Shown here: positions 11,815-24,539 of the stretch, one piece after another
Layout of the letters: the number at the start of each line of letters is the position of its first letter
Numbering within the stretch: the stretch's first letter is position 1
Source: Octopus bimaculoides
Lineage: Eukaryota
Reading direction: 5' to 3'
NCBI RefSeq assembly: GCF_001194135.2
Contig: NC_068990.1
Span: 89,120,924-89,184,923, forward strand
Length of the DNA: 64,000 nucleotides
Made by a program: the position numbers and the translations under genes
The notes under the pieces: generated by a model
Told to the model about the DNA's origin: nothing
Database searches by the model: none
Seen by the model: the letters and a program-made list of their open reading frames with translations, nothing else

Positions 11815-12157
11815 ATGGGTACCAAAATACTTGATCAGATATTAACAATGATGCTTCATGGCTCACCAGAGGAAAAACATTTCATTTATAATGATTCTGA
11901 CATTATTTTAGAATGTAAACTTTGCCGTAACTTATTCCGTGCCCTTACTGGTTTTATCTTACATCGGAAGAGTCTGTGCATGAAACCACTTGAAAAGTCA
12001 GTTAGTATCAATTCCTATGACCAAAATATGAGAACAGAAACCTTCAGAAACGTTACATTTATCACAAATTCTTCATCCTGTGAAGAGGACTCAGCACAAA
12101 CCCCACCACAACAACCAAAAACTACATCATCCAGCAATAATAATAATAATAATAATA

Positions 12158-12194
<37 letters not shown>

Positions 12195-12453
12195 TAATAA
12201 TGATAATAATGATAACCAGCAGCAGCAGCAGCAGCAGAATTTATCTGCTGCAGACCATTTCCAGTATCTTCAGAATTATGTTAGTCAGATTAATGAATCA
12301 ATAGAAAGCAAGAGTAACTTGAAAGCCGTATTAAACCTTACTCAGGAAGGTATTGGGAATTCTTCGGATGTTACACAAAAATCAGCTGAAGAATCTAAAA
12401 CAGACTCTAACTCTACAGAGAGAATCGTGCTAACAGAAGCATCTAGTCCACAG
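11815..12453 (+). CDS. ZNF800: ZNF800-like C2H2 zinc-finger protein, coding exon 1 (213 codons)
   Basis: Acceptor at 11746/11747, in-frame TGA at 11794 before ATG 11815, CAG|gtttgt donor. N-terminal DIILECKLCRNLFRALTGFILHRKSLC matches the ZNF800-type first finger (recalled as [27 protein letters not shown]). Contains an Asn/Gln homopolymer tract. Confidence 0.72.
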
Positions 12454-12689
12454 GTTTGTAGTGTTCTTTTATTGTGTGTGTGTGTGTGTGCATTTGTTAT
12501 TGTTGTTTGGTTAAACAAATGAGAGAGAAATCTCCCCGAAAAGACTGTCATGACTAACATTCCCAAATCTATGTGAACTGAAACAGTACAGAATTAAATG
12601 TCTTTTGAAGCAACAAGATGCTTGCCAGGTGTTCAGCTCAAGCCCTCTAAGCTTGATGTTCAATGCCACTGTTGACTGTCAATCCATAT

Positions 12690-13060
12690 TTACCATATTT
12701 GATTTGTCGTATGTGTATCACCATAATTCTGGAATTATCACATGTATATATGACACTGTTATTCTGGAATTACGTTGTATGTCACTAGTTTCTGTATTGA
12801 TGACTTGTTTATGACAATTTTGTGTTAGCATATCATTATTTTCAGAACTTATGACATGTTGTATGTCACTATATTTTTTTACTTACATGTTGTATGCCCT
12901 GCATCTATTGCGTACCACGTCTCCTTATTGTCCACTATATATTTACATGTTGCACGTCACCATACTTTGTTACTTACAACATATATGTCACTGTAATTTT
13001 ATGCTTTAATATGTAAACCACTACAGTTTTATACTTATGAATTGTATGCTATTATCACTT
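12690..13060. repeat. Degenerate ~30-bp minisatellite in the zinc-finger gene intron (acttacatgttgtatgtcactatatttt-like)
   Basis: gttgtatgtcact / acatgttg / tatgtcact recur with about 30-nt spacing. Confidence 0.6.
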
Positions 13061-13191
13061 TATTCTTACAATATATGTGCAATTATTATTTTATATTTAT
13101 GTATGCAACTATAATGTGTTTGATTATGATGCATGGCTTGTTGTTGAACATGTTTGAATTTATTCTAATTAAGAATTACTGTTCGTTCCAG

Positions 13192-14319
13192 GTTTCTACT
13201 GCTGTTTCCAGTTTAAAAGATTCTGCCCCCAAATCTACTGACCCTCCATCACATTGTTGTGCTCTTGGTAAACCCACCAATGTACAACAAACCAACTGCT
13301 TTACTGTTGCCTCTGAAACAGCAGGGGAACTGTGTAATTCCAGAAATAGCAGCCCTTGTTCAATGCCACAGCTAAAATTACCATGTACCAAAGCAGGTTG
13401 TGTGGAGAACAATGACAACAATAAAAGCAGTGATGAAAGTGAGTCTTTAGAAAGCAGCAACACTGTTTGCACAGCACCTCATAATGAAAAATTCTCAAAA
13501 CGTTCGACAAAACCTCTAATCGTACAAAGCAATACTCATGCAAGTTCCAGTTGTGTAGCAAACAAACAAGGTGAAGCTGTTGAAGCATCAGAGAAATCAA
13601 GTTCAAAATCTTCACACATTGAAATAATTCTGAATGATAATCCTTCGATGAAAGATGTTATTGAAATTAATGAAGTGGATAATTTAGAAGAGAGAGTGTC
13701 TCAGTCTTTGTCCTTGGATAATTTATGTTGTGTCCCTCTAGACCAAAGTGGCCCTGTGGACCAGTGTTGTGCTGCTAATCAGAAGAAACAAGCACCCCAA
13801 CATTATATTTGTCCACACTGTCCTAATACTCTCATCTACGACTCGTACCCACTTTTCTGCCAGCATCTTGAGTCAGTACACGGAATACATGCTGACCCCA
13901 TTGACAATTTAGGCCAGCCGTTTGAGTTGAATAATCAAAGTTCCATGTCATATATACCTGAGCGTGCTAATCAGAAATATTCTGAATGTATTGTCCTAGA
14001 ATTAGCTGATTATCAGAATCTCCAGTGTCGGAAATGCAAACACAGCTTTACTCAGCGCTGTTCACTTCGGAGACACATTTTGGAAATCCATGGTGAAAAA
14101 TTGGGTTATTATTCATGTCCCTTCTGCGTTAGCAAAGTCTGGTTTCGCTATTTTCGAACGTTTTTAGCTCATTTAAAAAACCTACACGGCTTCCAAAAGG
14201 ACCAAATATATCGCATCCATCGCAATTTGCAGAAAAACAGTTGGGTAGAATTTGGTAGTGACCAGCTGCCTCCTGATGGAAATAACACAACTTCGCAGCT
14301 CTGTAATCGTGTTTCATAG
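13192..14319 (+). CDS. ZNF800: ZNF800-like protein, coding exon 2 (375 aa + stop); spliced product 588 aa
   Basis: gttcgttccag acceptor, phase 0, in frame with the long ORF. Three C2H2 fingers: CPHC..HLESVH, CRKC..HILEIH, CPFC..HLKNLH. TAG stop. Confidence 0.8.
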   Translation, partial: VSTAVSSLKDSAPKSTDPPSHCCALGKPTNVQQTNCFTVASETAGELCNSRNSSPCSMPQLKLPCTKAGCVENNDNNKSSDESESLESSNTVCTAPHNEKFSKRSTKPLIVQSNTHASSSCVANKQGEAVEASEKSSSKSSHIEIILNDNPSMKDVIEINEVDNLEERVSQSLSLDNLCCVPLDQSGPVDQCCAANQKKQAPQHYICPHCPNTLIYDSYPLFCQHLESVHGIHADPIDNLGQPFELNNQSSMSYIPERANQKYSECIVLELADYQNLQCRKCKHSFTQRCSLRRHILEIHGEKLGYYSCPFCVSKVWFRYFRTFLAHLKNLHGFQKDQIYRIHRNLQKNSWVEFGSDQLPPDGNNTTSQLCNRVS

Positions 14320-14339
14320 TTTCTACAACATACATTTCC

Positions 14340-14690
14340 ATCTCATTCACTACAGTCTGTATTATGCTACACATTACATCTTATATGATTATGCATTATG
14401 TGCTACTATGCTATGCTACAAATTAGACATAACACTATGCACAGCACTACACACTGTGTGGTATACTAAACACATCAGAATTTACAATACCCTGCATCAT
14501 TTCTGCAAAAGGATCACATACTACATTTACAGCATTCATTGTACAGTAAGCACTAAATTACATTACACATCATACAACAAAGTACCCAGTACATTATACA
14601 TCACATTACATATAATGCACTTCTATGGTCACCACAGAATATCATACACTGTACGCTGTGCTAGACATTATACTACATACTCCCCATCAA
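14340..14690. repeat. Degenerate pentamer-like satellite (cayta/tacac) in the zinc-finger 3' UTR
   Basis: C/A-rich and G-poor; acatta, acacta and tacatc recur. Confidence 0.55.
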
Positions 14691-14743
14691 GCGACATTTC
14701 AATGACAGTTAGAGATACTTTGTAATTTTTGTTGCGTTTTTAT

Positions 14744-14749
14744 ATTAAA
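14744..14749 (+). other. Candidate poly(A) signal (ATTAAA) of the ZNF800-like gene
   Basis: ATTAAA about 425 nt after the stop, followed by a U-rich tract. Confidence 0.3.
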
Positions 14750-16164
14750 TTCTTTCCATTTTCCTTTCTGTTAACTTTGCTCTGTAAGTAATAAGCTCAT
14801 ATACATTTGCCTATATTGGTTACAAGTTTTAGGTTAAAAAATACCTAAGCGATAATTGATTCCTGATTGATTAACGAAGTAACTGAATCCAATCCAATAA
14901 GATAACAGCTGATCAATCTATATTTTATTTTTTAATTTATCTTTTCTCATATTGTTTTAAATTAATTCATATGGTCATAAGTTTGAATATTGCTAATAAC
15001 CATAATGTTGTGTCCATGAGCAAAGTATATAACTAACCTCTATAATTCTGCTTGCTACATTTTGCCTGGCCGAGTAAGGAGTTACTCTCCTTACTTCACA
15101 GTTGAATTAGCAATTGAAAGGGACAGAATCCAGCTGTAAATGCAATAACTGCACCAAAAACCTACCCCTGCTACAAAGAAAAATCATCATTATTTTACCT
15201 CTGCTTTCCATGCTGACATAGCTAGGACATTATATCATGTGTGTGTGTCATGCACTTCTACGTATATTTAATAAACTGACAGGTACAAGCATAGGTGTAT
15301 GGATGCAGAGTTCACTTTGTTACTATGTGATCTTGAGTTCTATCTCAGAATGTGATTTCTTGGGCCATCCAATGCCTTGTGAGTGAAATTGGCAAATGGA
15401 AGCTGTATGGAATCCAGTCTTCTATGTGTGTGTGTGTGTATGATTCATTCTGTATCTGCATATGAAAAGTGTTGCACAAAAAAAGTAGTGATGTTTGTGG
15501 ATATTCCCTGCTAACAACTCATCTCATGGCTCCACACTTTTGAAGATGAATAGAATACATCCATTGCTTGAGTACTTCTGGCTGCAAAACATTGCCTCAA
15601 ACTGTATTTGTCCCATCCATACTAGCATGGGAAAAAAATAAATGTGAAATGAATGAACAAATATATTATTTTCCAGCTAGCTGGTTTCATAGTTAGTCCC
15701 CTGGGTTGTTCACTGCAGTGAATTTGATAGATAAAAACTGAAAGAAGCTTGTGTGCATGTGGGTTTGTTTACATGTGTAATCACTCAGCTATTGGCAGTG
15801 AGGTTACTGTCAAATTCTCCTCTCACTGTATCATCCACTTATTTTGCATCTTTGAAGACATGTGGAAGAAGACACCCTTTGCTATACTCCTTGCTTGAAA
15901 AACAGGTAAAGGCTAGCAACGGGAAGGGCATCTGGTTGAAAACCTGCATTTATAATATATTCGTCCACTCCATTCTAGCATTGAAAAATGCGCATAAAAG
16001 TGAATATGCCGCAGCTATTTGTGCTGTACTTGCAAATAAGGAATGTAACTCTGCTTGCTCCAGAACAAAAGACCAAATAAACATAACACACTCAACTTGC
16101 TGAAGTATTGAGTAGTTTATTTTATATCTATAACCCTTGTTTTTTATGAACAAACACAGAGGTT

Positions 16165-16390
16165 GTGTAACGTCCACTTTCCATGCTGACATAGGTTAGA
16201 CAGCTTGACTGTAACTGGTAAGCTGCATAGGTTCCAGTCTGAATTTGGCTTGGTTTCTACTGCTGAATGCCCTTCCTAATGTCAACCACTCTGAGAGTGT
16301 AGTGGGTGCCTTATACATGTCATTGGCACAGGCCACACCTATGATTTCACTTGGCTTGACAAGTCTTCTCAAGCACAGCAAATTGCCAAA
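16165..16390 (-). mobile_element. RTE-tail element (an opposite-strand decayed copy lies at about 15830-16000)
   Basis: taacgtccactttccatgctgac...gaatgcccttcctaatgtcaaccac. Confidence 0.75.
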
Positions 16391-16659
16391 GGTCACAATC
16401 ACTCATATTTATAGTGAAATGCATTACCTTTATTTCAATTAATTTTGAAAACAAATGAAGTATGTAGTGAAATACCTTTGTCATTATGAAGGTGGTACTT
16501 GGAACATAATATAAAATTGCACTGCAAATGCCACGTTAGTAGGATATTGAACTTTGAACCGGGATCTTAAACTGTGTCCATAGCTAGAAATTGCTGATAA
16601 TTTACTGATGCTCTTTACTGAGCTTAGATTAGACACCATAATGGTGATAATGATTTCTA

Positions 16660-18960
16660 AGAGAGGGAAAAGGTGGCATAATCTGAGAGTGAGTACAGAT
16701 AAATAAACTGATACTTATCTTATTGACCCTAGAAGGATTTGAACTCATTCCTCATCCACCACTTGCATAACAGTAATTATTTCTTGGTAATTGGCCTTGT
16801 GTCAGCACTTGATTTATTGATACCTGAGGAATGGGGGAATAGAGTGGACCCCTGTAATATTTGAATCCAAACAGGAAAATCTTATTAAATCCTACAAGGC
16901 ATTTCCCCCCTTTCTTAATAATTCTTTCTAATTTTGGTACCAGGCCAGTATTTTTTAGGAGAAGGAGCAAGTTGATTATTTTGATCCCTATACTTGACTG
17001 GTGGTTTATTTTATTTACGCTGAAAGGATGAAAGGCAAAATTGACATTGATGAGATTTGAACTCAGAACAAAAAAAGTCATTTGAAATGCTGCTATACAT
17101 TTCGTTTGATGCACCAACGATTCTGCCAGCCTTCGTCTCTTTCATAATAATAATTGTTTCTTAAATAAATACAAGACCAGAAATTTGTGTGGACATGGGG
17201 ACAATTGATTATACCAGCCCATTGCGTACTTAATACCTTTTTTTTTTATTGATCTCAGAAGGATGAAAAGCAAATTTGAACTCAGAACATAAGAGACATA
17301 CAAAATGCTGCAAGATATTTTATCCACAATGCTCTAATGGCTCTGTCAGTCCACCAACTTATTTCATTTGTAATCAAAGTACAAGGCCACAGCTGGAAGA
17401 TTATATCAGTCCAATACTTCATTGTTAAATTATCCTTGGTAGATGCAGTAAATTACTGGTACTTTATCATCTCTGATGCATTATGCACTGTGCTTTACTG
17501 ATTCAGTTATAATTCATTCTTTCAAGGGATAAATATTATTAACCTTTTTCCTTTACTATATTTTTGTTCCACTTATATTTTTTAAAATAATGAATTAAGT
17601 AAAATAAAATAACTTTGTCATTATTAAGTTGGTGTTTAGAATATAAACATGAAATTTCGATGTAAGGTTTTAATTTAGCTCACTTCAAAACAGGAAGTTT
17701 GTTTCATAGAACAAAGGTCAATCTCAGGGAAGTTAGTTTCAAAACGGTTAAAGTGGCAGAAGTAGTAGAGTGACAGGCTGTCTTGTGGTGTTTTAATTAC
17801 ATTCCTTTACTGTCCGAGTTCAAATCCTGTCAAGGTCAATTTTGCTTTGCATCCTTCTGGAGATCAATAAAACCAATAATGAACTAAGGTGATTTGACTG
17901 ACCACCTCATCTCATGTTGCCTTTTACTTAATATTGTGGTCACACCATCCAATCCATGCCAGCATGGACAACAGATATTAAATGATGATAGGCCAATAGT
18001 TTGAAATATTTACTCACAAGTTGAGCTCCTACCTTGCTTCCAAACCATTTTCCATCCTTTTGGGACTGATAAAATAAAATAGCAGCAAAATACTGTGGTT
18101 TAATATAATCAACAATAACCCCCCACAAAATGTGTTGTTCCTGTGTGACTTATATCAGAAATTATTTTTATTATCATCACTACAAGGATGGTTGGTTGGC
18201 AGATTTAGGAGATCATCAGATATGATGTCTTATGTTCTGAGTTCAATTCCTGCCATGGTCAACTTTGCCTTTCATCCTTTTGAGGTTGATAATATAAAGT
18301 ATCAATTAAGTATGGGGACCATTTGATGTTAACAGACATGCTGGCCTTATGCTTAAATGAGAAACAAATGTTATTATCATCACTATCAGGATGGTGGATC
18401 AGCAGAATCATTAGAGCGCTGGAGAAAACACCTTGCAGTATTTGTTCATCCTTTGTATGTTCCGAGTTCAAATCCTGCTGAGGTCAACTTTGCCTTTCAT
18501 CCTTCTGGGGTCATCAAAGTAAGTATTAGTCAAGAACTAGGGATGTATTTAATTAACAGCCACTTGCTTTCAAAATTGCTGTCCATGTATCTGAATTAGA
18601 AATTATTTTTATTCTAACAATCTCTTTTGCTTCTCTTATATCCTTATGTATCATTTTGGAAATCTCCAGGGTTGTTTTGGCAATATGTGAGACTACATAC
18701 ATTCGAGAAGTTGGTTTGGTGGCTAAACTCATTTTGCTTCAATACTAAAATATCACTTTTTAACATTGAAACAGGACCACAGATGTGTGGGAGGGTGAGA
18801 TGTAGTGGATTAAATCAACCCCAGTACTTGACTAACACTTTATTTTATCAATTCTGTGAATGAAATACAAAGTTAACCTCTGTGGGATTTGATGTCGGAA
18901 TGTAAAGGGGCTTTTAAACAGTGCAAGGTCTGGTGCTCTTATGATTCTGTCAATCTACTA
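16660..18960. mobile_element. Cluster of about 7 decayed family A SINEs in both orientations
   Basis: Repeated gaaggatgaaaggcaaa / tttgcctttcatcc domain and B boxes. Confidence 0.75.
17543..17747. mobile_element. Probable piggyBac-type MITE (decayed)
   Basis: Bounded by TTAA (17539-17542 and 17748-17751) with CC..GG termini; the terminal inverted repeats are imperfect. Confidence 0.42.
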
Positions 18961-20489
18961 CATTAACATAAGCTAAGATATCAATTTGGTTCTTCATTTT
19001 TCAGTATGCCAGACTAAATATCTGCAATATATTATGGTCAATTCAACTGTTTACGAAAAAAAACAAAACAAACTATTGTCTGAAAAAAATTAACAAAAAT
19101 ATAATAAATGCAAATAACCAAGGTTTTGATACAAATGATCACTTCTCTTGTCAACAAAATTAACAAAATAACGACATTTTAAATAAACAGAAATATAAAA
19201 GAAAAAAAGACGCATTGATATTGAGTGAAAATCAGTTTTGTAATAAAGAAAAAAATAAAGAAGCTAAGTTCTTTTTGTTTTGTCTTTTTAAAATTATCCT
19301 GGATTTCAAAATCAAAATAAAATTTTAAGGTAAATAGATATAAACCACTGAGTGAACTTGTTCAATGTAGCAGGTAAGTCTTTAAAAAAAAGAATCTCCT
19401 GTCCTTCAAATGGGAACCAATTGCTTTTTGAAGCAGTACATTCAAATTCTTGAAATAGTATATCCCAACTTTTAGGATAGGATCTCCAAAGAAAAGTTGT
19501 GATAGACCTGGTTAAAAAGTCAATTGAAAGGTCTTATCAGAATCTGATGCCAGTTATCTTTCACACTATCTGGAACCACTTCACTTAACACCCATCTTTT
19601 ATTCTTAATATTGTCATCTTCATATTTTACATCGATCATCTTTTTCTACTACCACCCAATTATCTCTTCCTCATCATTACCATACATTTCTCACTCTCCC
19701 TATACACCACATCTGTCTCCCACTACACTCTTGCAAGGTGTACCCACCACCCTCTCTATTGTAACCCCACTCAGTTAATTTTGTGAGCAGCATGGTGACT
19801 TCTGGTGTTACGAAAAAGCGCCCAGTAGACTGTGCAAAGTGTTAGGCATTAAAAAAGGGACATCCAGTCATAGAAGCCATGCCAAAACATTAGAGATCAA
19901 TGCACTCCTTGGACTTGTTGGATTCTGTCAGACCATCCAATCTATGCCAGCTTGCAACATGGATGTTAAAAGATGTTGAAAACGATAATGCATGCATTAC
20001 ATGAGTACATATACACCCCCACCTAAATATATATAAAGATAAATTAAATATACAGATATACTATTGACAATCCAATAATTTATTTAAATTACAATATTAC
20101 ATTAAACACTGAATATAATATAACATAATATTATATAACATAAATAATTATAAAAACCATAAAAAGGCCAACAAATTGTTTCGACTTATATATATTTTTT
20201 CTGATATACATAGTCACAGTTCTATTATATATAAAGTCACTTCAGGGTCAAAGTTTAGAAAAAGATAAAATTCTATGTGAAAGGATGGCTGGTATCCAAC
20301 GGACGTACCAGTGAATTGGATGTTTAACACACCCATTTGAAGGATTTGTTTTCTTCAGTTTGTTACTTCATATATATATATATATATATATATAAGCTGC
20401 ATTCAAAACTAATACCATGTGGGAAAAATCTCTTGGGTATGTGGTGATTCCACCCTTCATGTGCCTGCGTGAAAATTTTAGTTCCCAGC

Positions 20490-20694
20490 TGTTATGCCTG
20501 GAGTATAGCTGTGTAGTGCGTGCTTGTCAGATTTTTGCTTTCACCAAACACTTCAAGCAGAGATATTGCATCAAGTTTTACCAACAGCAGGGTGATACTC
20601 AAGCTCGAATGCTCCAGAAGATACAGCAGGCCTTTGGCAATGATGCCATGGGCAAAACTCAGATCAAGGAGTGGTACAACTGCTTCAAACATGG
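20490..20694 (+). mobile_element. Mariner transposase N-terminal HTH fragment
   Basis: KQRYCIKFYQQQGDTQARMLQKIQQAFGNDAMGKTQIKEWYNCFKHG matches the mariner QRxCIKF..AFG..M....W..RFKxG pattern. Confidence 0.8.
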
Positions 20695-21880
20695 AATCAA
20701 AATGCCGACATCATGACTGCTGCTCAATGCTCTATGAACACTGTAAAGGCTGTAAGACATGACATGGACAGTTTCAACAGAAACTACAAAGCTGTGGCCA
20801 GCAGTTGGTGACAAAGAACACAGCTGGTGTTCTGACTGCGTCCAAACACTGGAGTTTGTCCAGCAACTGCAGGACAGATGACAGATCCGAGCAAGGGAAT
20901 CCAGGCTTTGGGAAGAGAGATGGCGTTGGAGTCACCACTATGAAACTGACCTTGTATGTGAATTTTCATTACCACTTGTACTAAAGGCACAAGGGACAAA
21001 TTCTGAAAGTCATGGTCAAGGAGATCCACTTGATAAAAGCAAAGAAACTCCTGGACAAAATGAAGCATCCTGTTGAGCTGGGGATGATCTAGTTCTCAGA
21101 TGAAAAGAACTGCCAGGACCAGTTGTACAATACCCAGAACAACAGGTGGCTTGCCAAAAATTCACGTAATGTCTCACCATGTTCCCCCAAACTGTGATAG
21201 TCTTTGGGTGCATCTCCAGTGAGGGTGATGTCATACTGCCCCACATATTTGAACAGGGCCTTAGGTTTACATCAGATGGCTAAGGCTGCTAGAGACTGTA
21301 GTCAAACCCTGGCTGGAGAGTGTTGCTTCTGGAAGGCTACGTATGTGGATTCAGCAGGAGTGGCTGTGTGGTAAGTAGCTTGCTCACCAACCACATGGTT
21401 CCGGGTTCAGTCCAACTGCATAGCACTTTGGGAAAAATGTCTTCTACTATAGCCTCAGACTGACTAAAGCTTTGTGGGTGGGTTTGGTGGACGGAAACTG
21501 AAAGAAGCCCATCATATATGCTCCAGCATGGCCACAGTCAAATGACTGAAACAAGTAAAAGAATAAAAGAAATACCTTTAGAAAAAGTCAGAAGTAGTTG
21601 TCAGAATTTCTATGACTTCATCAGACCCAATTTCTGGCCTCTTAATTCCCTTCACTTTAATCCCATGGATTACTCTATGTGGGGTATGGTTAAGAAAGAC
21701 ACCAACCGCTCTGCCTGCAACATTAAGGCTGAGCTGGTGGTCAAAATCAAGGAAGCATTTGAAGATCTTCCCAGGGACACAATGAAGAATGCATGTTCCA
21801 GGTTCCAGAGCCATCTTGAGGCTGAAGTGGAAGCTGAAAGTTACTACTTTGAGGAAAGTGTTATTTCACAGCCATAATCT
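20693..21880 (+). pseudogene. Decayed Tc1/mariner-superfamily transposase, maT/DD37D-like
   Basis: Frameshifted peptides GNQNADIMTAAQCSMNTVKAVRH, FSDEKN (first Asp), DSA (second Asp region), FWPLNSLHFNPMDYSMWG (third Asp), RSACNIKAELVVKIKEAFEDLPR..YFE. DD37D spacing is inferred across a SINE insertion. Confidence 0.8.
21354..21570 (+). mobile_element. Internally deleted family B SINE inserted in the maT catalytic domain
   Basis: gcaggagtggctgtgtggtaagtagcttgc head and gactgaaacaagtaaaagaataaaaga tail; transposase sequence resumes immediately after it. Confidence 0.88.
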
Positions 21881-21984
21881 AGTTGATATTTTTAGATTTA
21901 AAAAAAAAAACTTTTATTTTTGGATGGGATATTATTTTCTTTCCTTTTATGTAAATTGTCAAATTTAGCCCAAACAACCTGTGT

Positions 21985-24100
21985 ATATAAGCATACAATA
22001 TGAAGGAGGTGATGTACAGGTTTGCCAATTCTGCCCACCCTTTCAAGGATGGCTTTTTCTCGACCCACATATTCCTGGGTGAGACTGGCCATCTTTTTTG
22101 TAACCATGTCCCAGTTTCTATCCACCAGGCAGTCAGGGCTAAATTAGATCCCGTGTAACATCATGCACCTGTTGGTCACCACTTCATTTTTTTTTAAAGT
22201 AGTACTGACCAGTTTGACTAGCATGGTGCCTATAAATATAGTGACATCATCTGTGCTGACATAGCTCTTCCAGGTCCCGTTTCAAACAGGATGTCCTTTA
22301 ACACTAGCAGTTTCCACAGAAGTGGCTCAAGAGTCAGTAAATAAAGAAGAGATGAGAGGAGACATCTAGCATTTGATTTGAAACCATTTCAATACTTCTG
22401 TACATTGACATAATCCAGTCCTTGAAAACAGAACTGAAACTGGTTTTAATGTGGACAACCACCAAGTAGCAATAGTTGAGCATATTGAAAGCTTTTCATT
22501 GTTTTAAAAGGATAGAGCCCAACCAAAGCTAGGTTAACCACTTTCTTTGAGATCTATCCTATCAGATGGAGACTTTTGTGGACAGATCTGCCTAAGATTG
22601 CATAGACCAGTGCTTTTCTGATCACACGGCTGACATTAACACCAACTTCTTTACACATGCCTTTGCTAAAATTTTAAACTCCGTACCCAGTAGAGTTGTA
22701 GGCAGAAAAATTATACATAATGTCTCCTTTGTTCACATCTTTCCGTAGCAGTATTCTCTGGCTCACAGATGTAATTGTACAATAAGTAAAAGATGTAAGT
22801 CCAACATGTATATGTAATGCTCAAGGAGCAGATCATATAAACCAGAAAATTGGCCCTTTGCACAAACGCAACTAACCATATCCCAGCTGCTTTATCAGCT
22901 TTTTGGGGTCTTCTGCTGAGAGCCACAGCAGGCTATCAAAGAAGGCACTAAAATCCAGTAAAGTTTTTCATCCATTGCTTTCCCAATACAGTTGAGTAGA
23001 GTGCCACTGGTAAGTTAAACACATCTGTACAATATCAAGTAGCATGCACCTGTATTGCTCTAACAAAAACTAAATTGTTGTAAAATCAGGCATCTATCGA
23101 CCACTCGTCAAACAGCTTTCATTCCTTCATGTTTAAGAGTATGCACCCTAGCTCTGACAATACAAGTTTTGTTGTTCAGTGAAGAAACAGGGTAGAGCCA
23201 TTTTCATTTTGGTTGTGATGTCTTTCTTAATAAGCACTTAAAAGTTGCTGACTAGCTTTCTTCTAATTTTTTTCTTTTTTTTTTTTACTCTATTATTACT
23301 TCTTCATTAAATCTGATTCTACTCTAATTACACTCTCTAGAGCATCTCACCACTGATTGGTTATGATTGCTCCCATCAACTGCTGCTTAACTAATTCATT
23401 AATCCAGGTATAGGCTTTGTGCACCAGGAACATGTTCAACATCTAGGAGTTGGGTTTCTTTCTATGTATCCTATCTAGGTTAACCATGCAGATTACAAAT
23501 TTATGATCTGCTTGAAATTGTTGATGCCCTACACTGTCTCTATTCACTAATCTAACAAATATTCTATCTAGATATAATATGGAGGACTCAAGTTGATTCA
23601 CATCTACAACGGTGAATTTGTGAAACCAAGCCAACATCTGTCAGGCAGAATTATCTGAGAAAGTTGGCTAAGCATTTTACCACTCCTATTCAACATCTGT
23701 ACTCACTCTTATCAGGCATCTAAAAAGCCAGTCCTTCATTAGTACTAAAGAACAGAACATTCACAAGAACACTTCTACATGCCTGAAGATATCTGGTCAC
23801 CCTATCCCAGTTGATGAGACACAGTTACCACCTGCACCGTTTGTATTCAGTACTGCCAACTTAGTATCAAGGTCCAGCTAGATCATTTATATCTTGACAT
23901 CCAAACTTTTCTGAAACATGACAACCCAACAACTTGATCCAGGAAAAATAACATGATGCGTGCATATTGTAGTTGTTGAATACCAGCATAAGCGTATGCA
24001 TCCTGAAAATCTTGGTTTTGTAACCTTTCTTCCAAGTAAACTCCAGTCGAAATACATTTATACAATATGTGTTGGTCAGAGAAAAGAAATAAGAGGTCAC
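21985..24100 (-). mobile_element. Decayed Tx1/L1-clade LINE ORF2 (endonuclease and reverse transcriptase)
   Basis: Ordered minus-strand peptides: YLDRIFVR..DHKFV (endonuclease end), TLLGTEFKILAK, CPLSSLLYLLTLEPLL, a xDDVT motif, and NWDMVTKK..SLKGWAELANLYI. Confidence 0.75.
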
Positions 24101-24539
24101 TTACTTTGGTTTTAAAAAAAGATGGTTAGCCTGGTCTTCTCAATGTAAGGAGGGGGAGAATTTCTTGAAAAGCATTTTCAAAAGACTTTTATACCCTTTT
24201 CACTGAAAATTCCAACAATACTTAGGAATTTTCTTATTAGAGACAAGTGGACTGCTTTTGATATCCTCAACAGAAATCTGTTTGGTAGTGTCCTGGGGAC
24301 GAGTTTTTCAAAGGCATTCCATCGGTTCCTATTTCTATTTGCAACAGTGAAATCAACAAGTCTCTTCGTTTCCTTTTGTGGAATAGTTGCCGAGATTTTT
24401 AAAATATTTAGTGGAGTAGGGCAAGACTGGTCATTGGCATAGTTAATAAAGGTATCAGATCCAACAACTGGTTTAGCAGCATCATTTAGCTGCTACAAGG
24501 AGATGCTTTAGGGAGAAACACCAAATTTTTGGACCCGGT

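Noticed and set aside
12454-12522. C-terminal VCSVLLLCVCVCAFVIVVWLNK of the 235-aa ORF, which looks like a TM segment
   Set aside because: It follows the CAG|gtttgt donor and is translated (TG)n intron sequence.
13042-13191. First 50 codons of the 425-aa ORF
   Set aside because: They lie upstream of a good acceptor at 13191/13192 in T-rich repeat sequence; they are intronic read-through of the frame.
14252-14725. 157-aa His/Tyr/Thr-rich ORF overlapping the zinc-finger stop
   Set aside because: Translation of the low-complexity 3' UTR satellite.
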